Below, one piece after another: positions 46,808-55,539 of a stretch of DNA of 64,000 bases. Source of the stretch: Clostridiales bacterium (lineage in GTDB: Bacteria > Bacillota > Clostridia > Oscillospirales > CAG-272); contig DPGD01000031.1 of NCBI GenBank assembly GCA_003522145.1, forward strand, positions 11,227 through 75,226. Reading direction: 5' to 3'. The translations under genes and the position numbers were made by a program. Position 1 is the stretch's first letter, and each line of letters begins with the position of its first letter. A model generated the notes under the pieces. That model saw nothing but the letters and a program-made list of their open reading frames with translations. It was not told the origin of the DNA and did not search any database.

Positions 46808-48454
46808 CTATTTAAAATAGTTCTGTATACGCCGGAAAACCTGTTCGTCAAAGGGAGAGGAAAGCCCGGCTTTTTCAAGAACCTCCAGAAATGTTTCCCC
46901 GGTTTCCACATCGGAAAGGGTTTTATACAGTCTGACAGCCTGTTCAAAGCCCTGTTCCTCTGCCGTCACATAAATTTCAAGGGTCGGAATCAGCGATACG
47001 GCATAGCTGAGATAATACAGGGAATTGGCCACGATGGCGTAGTGCCAGTAGTTTTCCGGCGGATAGGACATTGCGGATTTGAGGAAATCATACGCCCCCA
47101 GTTCTTCTGCCTGCTCCGCAAACACCCGGTCATAGTCCCCGGCTTTCAGCTCCGGATGGGCATAAACATACTGTTCAAAAGCGTCACAGCAGGCGGACAT
47201 GGTGACCGTCAGGATGTCGTTTAACAAAAAGTTTTTGACCAAATACAGATAGTCCTTTTCGGAATAATCCGAAGAAATATAGGAAAGATAGAGCCACTCA
47301 TTGGATTGGGATTGGACTTCGCACAGATCCACGCTGTCAATAGAGCCCCCGGAAGAATAGAAGGCGCTGTAGTGTCCCTGTTCATGGATATAGGTCATCA
47401 GCGCCTGACTGCCCGAACCGAAAAAGCAGACCGGCTGTCTGTAATAATTGAGATAAAAGGTATACGCTCCTTTAAGGGAGTTCTTATTGTTTACGGAGAA
47501 ATAATGCTGATTGAAATTCTCAAAGGCTTTTGAATAATTATTTCCGAGTGTTTTGTAGTAGGGGGTCAGGATTTTCTCCATTTCGTCAGAAGTGACCGAA
47601 GTATCTATCAGCTTTTGGGTCGCCGAGAGGACGGAGTTCAGGTTTTTGTAGCCTTGCAGATCCTGGAGCGTGCTCTTTCCGAGAGGAACAACATACTCTT
47701 TTACATACTGATGAAAATACCGGGCATCCTCAGGGGTATAGTCTCTTCCGTAGACCATGTCATAGGCATACTCGGTATAGCTCTGCTCCCCCATTTCCTT
47801 TGCAATGTTCAGATTGTTCTGTACGATGTCGTAGTAATAGGATGCGCTGTCCGCAAGAAAGCTGTCGGAGGTCTGATCCAAGGCTTCATAGTTCCGAACA
47901 TACTCGTCTCCCTTGTTTTTCAATTCCACATATTTTTCCGAGTACATTTTTCCCATTTTCAGCGCTTTTTGAATTTCTTCCTCCTCCCATTGACTGTAGA
48001 ATTCCTCAGAGTAAGCACTGTAGTATATCGGCTCGTACAGACGCACAAGCCGGGCACGGTAATCGTTTGCAAGGAAAGAAAGCTCTTTGGATTTCAGGTT
48101 GTTTGCTTCGTTGGAGGTATCCTTGCTCAATTCTAAATAGGCAAGATTGGCATGATCCGAAACATAGTAGATGTTTGAGAGCAACTGCCCGTAAATCAGC
48201 ACAAAAGCGGTGCTTCTGGACAAATTGTTATCCTGGAGCATCTCCTCGATTTTCGCAAACTGATCCTCTATTGTATCCTTGACCGATTCATCAAACTCAT
48301 AGTTGATCGTACCGTCATGGTTATAGCCCGGTTGTATCCCGGAATTGATATATCGGATATCCCGGAGCATCGAGCGAAAATCGCTCAGCAACGAGCAGGA
48401 GCAAAGCAGCAGCATGGAACAGCAGAGCAACAGTGCAACCAGTCTTTTTTTCAT
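46808..48454 (-). CDS. Putative zinc metallopeptidase lipoprotein (HExxH; M3/oligoendopeptidase-like)
   Basis: Signal peptide with Cys-containing lipobox candidates (LLLCSCS). HEQGHY motif late in the protein, as in M3-type peptidases. Has its own sigma-A promoter. Confidence 0.65.
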   Translation of the reverse strand: MKKRLVALLLCCSMLLLCSCSLLSDFRSMLRDIRYINSGIQPGYNHDGTINYEFDESVKDTIEDQFAKIEEMLQDNNLSRSTAFVLIYGQLLSNIYYVSDHANLAYLELSKDTSNEANNLKSKELSFLANDYRARLVRLYEPIYYSAYSEEFYSQWEEEEIQKALKMGKMYSEKYVELKNKGDEYVRNYEALDQTSDSFLADSASYYYDIVQNNLNIAKEMGEQSYTEYAYDMVYGRDYTPEDARYFHQYVKEYVVPLGKSTLQDLQGYKNLNSVLSATQKLIDTSVTSDEMEKILTPYYKTLGNNYSKAFENFNQHYFSVNNKNSLKGAYTFYLNYYRQPVCFFGSGSQALMTYIHEQGHYSAFYSSGGSIDSVDLCEVQSQSNEWLYLSYISSDYSEKDYLYLVKNFLLNDILTVTMSACCDAFEQYVYAHPELKAGDYDRVFAEQAEELGAYDFLKSAMSYPPENYWHYAIVANSLYYLSYAVSLIPTLEIYVTAEEQGFEQAVRLYKTLSDVETGETFLEVLEKAGLSSPFDEQVFRRIQNYFK

Positions 48455-48493
48455 TTAGGCATACAATCCTTTCAAACCAAACTGTTTTTTTAT

Positions 48494-48522
48494 ATTGTAC
48501 TCCCGATTCACAGTTTCGTCAA
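48494..48522 (-). promoter_or_regulatory. Sigma-A-type promoter for the HExxH lipoprotein gene (TTGACG-17-TACAAT on the minus strand)
   Basis: Read on the minus strand: TTGACG (48522-48517), 17 nt spacer, TACAAT (48499-48494). Confidence 0.6.
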
Positions 48523-48625
48523 TAATCCTTTTAAAAAACGGAATGAAAACATTTTTTGAAAGATATATACTTTTTTCGGAATATTTCAAAAACAGACCAT
48601 TCTTATTCAACGGAGGAACAGCGAT

Positions 48626-49249
48626 ATGAAAACAATTCTGTTTCAGGGCGATTCCATTACCGACGCCGACAGAAGCAGAAGCCATGATTGGCTTTTGGGA
48701 AGCGGTTATCCCACGGTCGTAGCCGCACAATTGGGCAGCGCTCATCCGGGTTTCTACAATTTTTTCAATCGGGGGATCAGCGGAAACCGGGTAGTAGATG
48801 TATACGCAAGAATCAGAAAGGATATTCTGAACCTGAACCCCGACTATATGAGTATGCTCATCGGCGTAAACGATGTATGGCACGAAGCGGAGCAGAACGG
48901 TGTGGACGCCGTAAAATTTGAGAAAATCTATTGCATGATGGTGGAAGAAATCAAAGAGCAGTTGCCGGACATCCGGATTTTAATTTTAGAGCCCTTTGTT
49001 TTAAGGGGTACGGCTACCGCTGAAAGCTACGACAGCTTTTTCCGCCCGGAGGTGGAATTGCGGGCAGCGGCGGCCGGAAGAGTTGCCGAAAAATACGGTC
49101 TGACCTTTGTTCCCTTGCAAAAGATGTTTGACGATTGCGCCAAAGAAGCAGACGGAAAGCTCCTTCTTGCCGACGGAGTTCACCCCACTTCCACCGGTCA
49201 CGGACTGATTGCCGGAAAATGGATGGAAGCTTTTGAGAAATTGAAATAA
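48626..49249 (+). CDS. SGNH/GDSL-family hydrolase (esterase/lipase-like)
   Basis: Block I GDSITD, block III GVND and block V DGVHPT. GGAGG RBS. Confidence 0.85.
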   Translation: MKTILFQGDSITDADRSRSHDWLLGSGYPTVVAAQLGSAHPGFYNFFNRGISGNRVVDVYARIRKDILNLNPDYMSMLIGVNDVWHEAEQNGVDAVKFEKIYCMMVEEIKEQLPDIRILILEPFVLRGTATAESYDSFFRPEVELRAAAAGRVAEKYGLTFVPLQKMFDDCAKEADGKLLLADGVHPTSTGHGLIAGKWMEAFEKLK

Positions 49250-49297
49250 TCCGATAATCAGACGAACGGAAACTTCCGCTTCCGGTTCTTCCTTTTT

Positions 49298-49326
49298 TCA
49301 TACCGGAAAGCCTTCCTGCATATATT
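49298..49326 (+). promoter_or_regulatory. Sigma-E-type (mother-cell) promoter upstream of spoIIID
   Basis: TCATACC (49298-49304), 14 nt spacer, CATATATT (49319-49326). Same architecture as the yabP promoter. spoIIID is sigma-E-dependent in B. subtilis. Confidence 0.6.
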
Positions 49327-49358
49327 TTCTTTGAAAAATGCAAAGGAAGGACCGGTGT

Positions 49359-49637
49359 ATGAACTATTCAGACAAGGATACCAAAGAACGGTGTGTGCAG
49401 TTGGCACTCTACATCATTGAAGAAAAGACCACGGTGCGACAGGCCGCAGGAAGGTTCGGGGTCAGCAAGTCCACCGTACATAAGGATGTTACCGAACGGC
49501 TTGAAAAAATCAATCCCTGTCTTTACAGACAGGTGGAGGATGTTCTCTTGCAGAACAAAAGGGAACGGCACCTGCGGGGCGGGGAAGCGACCAAACAAAA
49601 ATACCTGTATCAGAAAAAATTCGGAAAAGACGAATAA
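49359..49637 (+). CDS. spoIIID: Sporulation transcriptional regulator SpoIIID
   Basis: Sequence typical of SpoIIID, with an HTH (TVRQAAGRFGVSKSTVHKDV) and a basic C-terminal region (RHLRGGEATK). AAAGGAAGG RBS and a sigma-E-type promoter upstream. Confidence 0.9.
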   Translation: MNYSDKDTKERCVQLALYIIEEKTTVRQAAGRFGVSKSTVHKDVTERLEKINPCLYRQVEDVLLQNKRERHLRGGEATKQKYLYQKKFGKDE

Positions 49638-49651
49638 AAAGCCCAAAGGAT

Positions 49652-49680
49652 TTGACGAACCTGATATTTTATGATATACT
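49652..49680 (+). promoter_or_regulatory. Sigma-A-type promoter for sufC-sufBD (TTGACG-17-TATACT with TGn extension)
   Basis: TTGACG at 49652-49657 and TATACT at 49675-49680, preceded by TGA (extended -10). Confidence 0.65.
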
Positions 49681-49730
49681 GAAGCGGTTCAAAATGCGGA
49701 ATACAAAAAAAGCGAGGAAAAAAGAAAATC

Positions 49731-50453
49731 GTGTTATCTTTAGATCATGTTTCCTTTTCAGTCAGCACCGAAAACGGGAAAAAACAGATTTTGAAAAATG
49801 TATCTTTCACCATCGACCGTCCTTTTACGGTGATTACCGGGCCGAACGGCGGCGGAAAATCCACCATCGCAAAACTGATTGCGGGAATATACCGGCCCGA
49901 TAGCGGGAGAATCTGTCTGAACGGAAAGGATATTACCGATCTGGGCGTTACGGAGCGGGCAAAGTCGGGAATTTCCTATGCTTTTCAGACCCCCGTGCGC
50001 TTCAAGGGAATTACGGTTTCGGATATTCTGAAAATTGCCGCCGGAAGAGATTTGTCCGTTGCGGAATCCTGCGAATTTCTTTCCAGCGTCGGACTTTGCG
50101 CAAGGGATTATCTGGACCGGGAAATCAACAACAGCCTGTCCGGAGGGGAACTGAAGCGCATTGAAATCGCCACTGTTCTTGCAAGAAAAACCCCCTTTGC
50201 CGTTTTTGACGAACCGGAAGCAGGCATTGACCTTTGGAGCTTTAACAGTCTTATAAAGGTTTTTGAAAATATGCGGGATGCCGTTCACGGTTCTATTGTG
50301 ATCATTTCCCATCAGGAACGGATTCTGAACATTGCTGACCGGATTATCGTGATTTCGGACGGAACGGTGAAAAAAACCGGCACAAGGGAGGAGATTCTTC
50401 CTTTGCTTTTCAGCGGGGATAAGCTCTGCGATGCTCTGAAGGACAAGGTGTAA
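49731..50453 (+). CDS. sufC: Fe-S cluster assembly ATPase SufC-like ABC ATP-binding protein
   Basis: Walker A GPNGGGKST, signature LSGGELKR and Walker B FDEPEAGID. GTG start. Followed by a SufB/D-family gene. Confidence 0.85.
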   Translation: MLSLDHVSFSVSTENGKKQILKNVSFTIDRPFTVITGPNGGGKSTIAKLIAGIYRPDSGRICLNGKDITDLGVTERAKSGISYAFQTPVRFKGITVSDILKIAAGRDLSVAESCEFLSSVGLCARDYLDREINNSLSGGELKRIEIATVLARKTPFAVFDEPEAGIDLWSFNSLIKVFENMRDAVHGSIVIISHQERILNIADRIIVISDGTVKKTGTREEILPLLFSGDKLCDALKDKV

Positions 50454-50464
50454 GGAGGCTGACG

Positions 50465-51385
50465 ATGATTGATCTGATCGAAAAAAATCTTTTAAAAGAA
50501 ATTGCCGATCTGCACGGGATTCCGGAGGGCGCCTACAATATCCGGATCAACGGAAAGTCCGAGGGCAGGGGGCAGTCTGCCAATATTACCATTGAGAGCA
50601 AGTCCGACGGAACGGGCATTGATATTTATGTCAAGCCCGGAACAGTGCACGAAAGCGTGCATATTCCGGTAGTCATCAGTGCCGCCGGATACCGGGAAAC
50701 GGTCTACAATGACTTTCATATCGGTGAAAACTGCGATGTAGTCATCATTGCCGGATGCGGCATTCACAACAAAGGGGCGTGCGAAGCCCGTCACGATGGG
50801 GTACACACCTTCTATGTGGGCAGAAACTCCAAGGTGGTCTATGTGGAGAAGCACTACGGCGAAGGGGATGGAATGGGTACCAACATCATGAATCCCAAAA
50901 CAGTTCTTCATCTGGAAGAAGGGGCCTATGTGGAGATGAACACCACCCAGATCAAGGGTGTGGACAGTACCCTCCGGGAAACCGTGGCTGATTTGAAGGA
51001 CCGGGCGTCCCTGGTGATTTCCGAAAAGATCATGACACACGGAAGTCAGTTTGCAAAGACCATCTTTTCGGTGGACCTGAATGGCGAGGGCTCCTCCACC
51101 CATGTGGTTTCCCGCTCGGTTGCAAGAGACGATTCCTACCAGGAATACAATTCCTTGGTCAACGGCAACACGAAATGCTCCGGACACACCGAATGTGATG
51201 CGATCATTATGGACAACGGACGGGTTTCGGCAATTCCGCGCATCAATGCCAACAATGTAGATGCGGCGCTGGTGCATGAAGCGGTGATCGGAAAAATTGC
51301 AGGCGAGCAGCTGGTCAAATTCATGACTTTGGGTCTTACCGAAAAGGAAGCGGAAGAAGAGATCATTGCCGGATTTCTCAAATAA
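50465..51385 (+). CDS. SufB/SufD-family Fe-S cluster assembly protein (short form)
   Basis: C-terminal block AALVHEAVIGKIAGEQLVKFMTLGLTEKEAEEEIIAGFL is typical of SufB/SufD. GGAGG RBS. Confidence 0.85.
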   Translation: MIDLIEKNLLKEIADLHGIPEGAYNIRINGKSEGRGQSANITIESKSDGTGIDIYVKPGTVHESVHIPVVISAAGYRETVYNDFHIGENCDVVIIAGCGIHNKGACEARHDGVHTFYVGRNSKVVYVEKHYGEGDGMGTNIMNPKTVLHLEEGAYVEMNTTQIKGVDSTLRETVADLKDRASLVISEKIMTHGSQFAKTIFSVDLNGEGSSTHVVSRSVARDDSYQEYNSLVNGNTKCSGHTECDAIIMDNGRVSAIPRINANNVDAALVHEAVIGKIAGEQLVKFMTLGLTEKEAEEEIIAGFLK

Positions 51386-51481
51386 TGCATTCCCATCCTG
51401 GACCGAACGCTGCTGTATTCAATATTCTTGGAATTCTGAAAAGACCGGGCGAAGGACTTTCCTGCGCTCCGGCCTTTTTCG

Positions 51482-51510
51482 TTGACAAAAACAGGCTGTT
51501 ATGCTAAAAT
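51482..51510 (+). promoter_or_regulatory. Sigma-A-type promoter for the VanX-like dipeptidase gene (TTGACA-17-TAAAAT)
   Basis: TTGACA at 51482-51487 and TAAAAT at 51505-51510 with a 17 nt spacer. Confidence 0.65.
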
Positions 51511-51559
51511 AAGAAGGAAATCAGAGGAAAATCTATCCGGAAAGAAGGATGTGAAAAGT

Positions 51560-52390
51560 ATGCGGAGCGCAGAACGGTATGCAAGAATATTTTTGTGTCT
51601 GTTTGGCGGTTTGCTCTGTTTTATGGGATGTCAGAGCTATTTGCCGAAAGGAAGCAGCAGAACCGATGCCGAAAAAAGGCCCTCAACCGTTGATGAAAAT
51701 CTGAAATTCTCCCACGCCGGAACTTCTCCCTTTTCCCCTTCCGAAAAAACTTCGGAAAGCCTTGAAACTCCAAGACCTTCTTGCGATCCTTCGCTTACTT
51801 CGGAGTTCCCCTCATCTGTGTCGGAACCCGAAATGCCCACGGTTTCCCCCGATTGGGATCTTCCGGAGGAATGCTTTGTACGCATCAAAGAGTATATTCC
51901 CACGCTGTTTGTGGATCTGAAATATGCTACCGAGGACAATTTCACCAACCAGGTGATTTATGATTTCACGGAACCGGTTCTGCGTCTGGGCACTGTAAAA
52001 AAGCTGGCAAAAGTCCAGGAAACTCTTTTGAAAAAAGGGTACAGCCTGAAAATTTGGGACGCCTACCGTCCCACCGAAGCACAGTTCCGCCTGTGGGAGG
52101 TCTGTCCGGACCCGGACTATGTTTCAGACCCCAACAAAGGCTTTTCCAACCATAGCAGAGGCAACACCGTGGATGTGACCTTGGTCCGGGCAGACGGAAG
52201 CGAACTGGAAATGCCCACCGGTTTTGACGATTTTTCCGCCCTTGCCGACCGGGATTACAGCGATATTTCCGGAAACGCACTTGTAAATGTGCAGCTTTTG
52301 GAAAATACTCTGAAGGAGGAGGGTTTCCGGTGCTATTGGAAGGAATGGTGGCATTATACCGACGAAATCTCCTATCCGGTGGAAAAATAA
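51560..52390 (+). CDS. D-alanyl-D-alanine dipeptidase (peptidase M15D, VanX/DdpX-like) with a lipoprotein-type signal peptide
   Basis: SNHSRGNTVDVTL and EWWHY zinc-site blocks. N-terminus MRSAERYARIFLCLFGGLLCFMGC followed by a Ser/Pro/Thr/Glu-rich linker. The ORF-track start (51482) coincides with the promoter -35 box. Confidence 0.85.
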   Translation: MRSAERYARIFLCLFGGLLCFMGCQSYLPKGSSRTDAEKRPSTVDENLKFSHAGTSPFSPSEKTSESLETPRPSCDPSLTSEFPSSVSEPEMPTVSPDWDLPEECFVRIKEYIPTLFVDLKYATEDNFTNQVIYDFTEPVLRLGTVKKLAKVQETLLKKGYSLKIWDAYRPTEAQFRLWEVCPDPDYVSDPNKGFSNHSRGNTVDVTLVRADGSELEMPTGFDDFSALADRDYSDISGNALVNVQLLENTLKEEGFRCYWKEWWHYTDEISYPVEK

Positions 52391-52411
52391 TCAAAAAAGA
52401 GGGCAAACACC

Positions 52412-53083
52412 ATGAAGCGGAAAATTGTGATCTTTGATATGGACGGCACCGTTCTGGATACTCTGGAGGATCTGAAGAACGGATTGAATTTTGCGTTACG
52501 TACCTGCGGATATCCGGAACGGAGCCGGGAAGAAGTGCGCAGTTTTGTGGGGAACGGAGCAAAAAAACTGATCGAGAGAGGTGTTCCTGCCGGCACCGGA
52601 AGGGAAGAACAGCGGCGGGTTTACGAAGTATTTGCCGCCTTCTATAAGTCCCACTGCGGGGAGCGAACCGCCCCTTATCCGGGCATTCTTCAAGCTCTGG
52701 AACGGTTAAAAAGTGAGGGCTTCCTTCTGGCGGTCCTTTCCAATAAGCCCCATGCGGCTGTGGAGCTTCTCTGCGAAAAATACTTTAAAAACACCTTTGA
52801 TTTTGCCCTTGGCCAACGAGAAGGGATCCCCCACAAGCCTGCACCCGACGGAGTTTTTGAAATTCTTTCCTTTGCCGGCGTGAAAAAGGAAAACGCCCTC
52901 TATGTGGGCGACTCGGATGTGGATATACAAACCGCACGGAATGCCGGCATTTTCGGTATTGCCGTAGACTGGGGCTTCCGGGATCGGGCGGTTCTTCAGG
53001 AAGCTTTGCCGGATCTGCTCCTTTCCGACCCTGCGCAACTGGCAGACGCCGTAAAAAAACAATTTTCGGGTGATTTTTCATAA
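52412..53083 (+). CDS. HAD-superfamily hydrolase (phosphoglycolate phosphatase-like)
   Basis: DMDGT motif I (VIFDMDGTVLDT), SNK motif II and GDSDVD motif IV. Confidence 0.88.
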   Translation: MKRKIVIFDMDGTVLDTLEDLKNGLNFALRTCGYPERSREEVRSFVGNGAKKLIERGVPAGTGREEQRRVYEVFAAFYKSHCGERTAPYPGILQALERLKSEGFLLAVLSNKPHAAVELLCEKYFKNTFDFALGQREGIPHKPAPDGVFEILSFAGVKKENALYVGDSDVDIQTARNAGIFGIAVDWGFRDRAVLQEALPDLLLSDPAQLADAVKKQFSGDFS

Positions 53084-53164
53084 ATTTTACAAAAGCGTGC
53101 TATCGTATCTTACTTAGAAAAACTATTCTTGTTTTGTAAAGTGGCGGAAGAGGAGACGAAAGAT

Positions 53165-53839
53165 ATGATTTACTGTGTGGAAGATGACGATGCTATAAGA
53201 GAGCTGATGACCTATACGCTGAATGCATCCGGCTTTGAAGCAAAAGGGTTCCCGAACCCTTCTGCATTCTGGAATGAACTGCAACAGAACCAACCGGAGC
53301 TGATTATGTTGGACATTATGCTACCGGAGGAGGACGGTATTTCCATTCTGAAAAGGCTTCGTGCCAACGCCGCAACCACGGAAATACCGGTCATTCTGGC
53401 CACTGCCAAGGGCACGGAATACGATAAGGTGATCGGGCTGGATTTGGGAGCAGACGACTATTTGGCCAAGCCCTTTGGCATGATGGAGATGGTTTCAAGA
53501 GTGAAGGCGGTCTTAAGAAGGGCGGCTCCGAAAAACGGTTCTTCCAAATTGGTTGCAGGAGACCTGGTGCTCAACCCTGGAGAGCATACGGTTCTGTCAA
53601 AGGGTCGGCGTGTCCAGTTGACCTTGAAGGAGTACGAGCTGTTGAAACTCTTCATGGAGAACATTGGCATGGTCTTTACAAGAGACCTTCTGATGACCAA
53701 AATCTGGGGCAGCGATTTTGTGGGGGAAACCCGGACTGTGGATGTACACATCGGCACCCTTCGCACCAAGCTCGGTCCCTGCGGTGAGTATATCGAAACG
53801 GTACGGGGCGTAGGATACAGAATGGAGGTTCACGCATGA
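53165..53839 (+). CDS. phoP: OmpR-family response regulator, PhoP/PhoB-like
   Basis: Receiver domain plus winged-helix domain. Paired with a PhoR-like kinase and next to a Na/Pi transporter with PhoP-box-like repeats. The symbol is by context only. Confidence 0.8.
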   Translation: MIYCVEDDDAIRELMTYTLNASGFEAKGFPNPSAFWNELQQNQPELIMLDIMLPEEDGISILKRLRANAATTEIPVILATAKGTEYDKVIGLDLGADDYLAKPFGMMEMVSRVKAVLRRAAPKNGSSKLVAGDLVLNPGEHTVLSKGRRVQLTLKEYELLKLFMENIGMVFTRDLLMTKIWGSDFVGETRTVDVHIGTLRTKLGPCGEYIETVRGVGYRMEVHA

Positions 53840-55539
53840 CAAAACGGATTTTTCAGTCCATCTGCTTTGTGACGGCGGCGGTCCTGCTTGCGGCGCTGGT
53901 GCTGATTATGGGAATCCTCTATGAGTATTTCTCGGACAATCAAATGGACCAGCTGAAAAAGCAGACAGAGCTTGCAGCCAAAGCAGTGGAAGCTCTGGCT
54001 TCTGTTGAGGACCGATCCGCATATCTGAACAATCTGGATGTGGGAGACGGCCGGATCACCTGGATCGATTCGGAGGGAACAGTCCTTTTTGACAACAAAA
54101 AAAGCAGTGCCGAGATGGAGAACCATTTGGACAGAGAGGAAATCGAAGAAGCGTTTGAAACCGGAGTCGGCGTCAGCTCCCGCTATTCCACCACCCTGAT
54201 GGAGCGCCAGCTCTACTGCGCCCGCAGGCTGTCCGACGGAACGGTATTGAGAGTTTCCGGTTCGCAGCTCACCTGGTGGTCTTTGATTCTCGGAATGCTC
54301 CGTCCGATCCTGATCGTGATCGCCCTTGCATTGGGCATTTCCCTTTATCTGGCTTTCCGGCTTTCAAGAATGATCGTAAAGCCCTTGAATGAAATGAATC
54401 TGGATCACCCGAAGACCGAGAATATCTATAAGGAGTTAGAACCGTTTGTGGATCGGATCACCGTCCAGCAAAAGCAGCTGCGGGCGCAGGCCTCCGAACT
54501 GGAGCAGAAAAAAAGCGAATTTGAGGCCGCCACCCAAAACATGACCGAGGGGATCGTCCTTTTAAACGACCGGGGCGTGATTTTAAGCATCAATAATGCG
54601 GCATCGGCGCTCTTGGGTATCAGCAACTACTGTATCGGAAAAGATCTGATGCTGTTCAACAATTCCTTTGACATTCAGGAGCTTCTTCGGATTTCCGAGG
54701 AAGGCCAGCACTGCGAAAAAAGCATTACCATCGGAAGTGCCGACTACCAGTTCAACGCCAGTCCGGTGTTCCAGGGCAGTAAAGTAACCGGCATCGCTCT
54801 CATCATCTTTGACATCACCGAAAAGGAGAAATCCGAACAGATACGAAGAGAATTCACGGCCAATGTATCCCACGAGCTGAAAACGCCGCTGCAGAGCATC
54901 TCCGGCTATGCGGAATTGCTTTCCAACGGCATGGTAAAAGAGCAGGATATACCGGAATTCGCCAAAAAAATCCATGGAGAAGCGAAGAGAATGATCTCTT
55001 TGGTAGATGACATCATACGGCTTTCCCATCTGGATGAGGGCGCTTCCGATATGCCAAAGGAACAGATCGACCTGTTTGAATTGGCCAAATCCACCGTGCG
55101 TACCCTGGAGCCGGTTGCCAAGGGGGCAGACATCGTCCTTTGTCTGAAAGGCGGCTCCGCCCTGCTTTACGGAATCCCGCAGTTGCTTTCCGGCATCCTC
55201 TATAATCTTTGCGACAACGCCATCAAGTACAACAAAAAGGGCGGAAAGGTCACCCTTACGGTGGAGGACCGTCCCGATTGTGTCCGGTTGACCTGTGCAG
55301 ACACCGGAATCGGCATTCCTGCAGAGCAGAAGGAACGAATTTTTGAAAGGTTTTACAGGGTCAATAAGAGCCGTTCAAAAGAGGTGGGCGGCACGGGATT
55401 GGGGCTGTCCATTGTGAAACACGCCGCCAGATTGCACAGTGCGGAAATTGAAGTCCAGAGTGAGTTGGACAAGGGCACAACCATTTTGGTGATCTTCCCC
55501 AAGAGGGAAAACCGTAAGGAGAAATCAAATGACCTATAA
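53836..55539 (+). CDS. phoR: Sensor histidine kinase, PhoR-like (2 TM, PAS, HisKA, HATPase_c)
   Basis: ATGA overlap with the regulator gene. PAS segment (TEGIVLLNDRGVILSIN), H-box SHELKTPLQSI and G-box GTGLGLSIV. Confidence 0.85.
   Translation: MTKRIFQSICFVTAAVLLAALVLIMGILYEYFSDNQMDQLKKQTELAAKAVEALASVEDRSAYLNNLDVGDGRITWIDSEGTVLFDNKKSSAEMENHLDREEIEEAFETGVGVSSRYSTTLMERQLYCARRLSDGTVLRVSGSQLTWWSLILGMLRPILIVIALALGISLYLAFRLSRMIVKPLNEMNLDHPKTENIYKELEPFVDRITVQQKQLRAQASELEQKKSEFEAATQNMTEGIVLLNDRGVILSINNAASALLGISNYCIGKDLMLFNNSFDIQELLRISEEGQHCEKSITIGSADYQFNASPVFQGSKVTGIALIIFDITEKEKSEQIRREFTANVSHELKTPLQSISGYAELLSNGMVKEQDIPEFAKKIHGEAKRMISLVDDIIRLSHLDEGASDMPKEQIDLFELAKSTVRTLEPVAKGADIVLCLKGGSALLYGIPQLLSGILYNLCDNAIKYNKKGGKVTLTVEDRPDCVRLTCADTGIGIPAEQKERIFERFYRVNKSRSKEVGGTGLGLSIVKHAARLHSAEIEVQSELDKGTTILVIFPKRENRKEKSNDL

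Noticed and set aside
51482-51559. N-terminal extensions proposed by the ORF track. Examples are 51482 for the dipeptidase, 5245 for pgi, 11439 for the response regulator, 16128 for ispD, 41631 for the GH13 enzyme, 60299 for rlmN, 25252 for hemZ and 56302 for the Na/Pi transporter.
   Set aside because: These starts fall inside or upstream of predicted promoters (51482 is the -35 TTGACA itself), overlap the preceding gene extensively, or add non-homologous residues ahead of a canonical N-terminus that has a proper RBS.
53084-53164. PhoP-box-like hexamers upstream of the phoP-like gene itself (TTTACA at 53086-53091 and an inverted TGTAAA at 53135-53140).
   Set aside because: There is a single direct copy plus one inverted copy, without the 11 bp direct-repeat phasing. 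That is too weak to call autoregulation.
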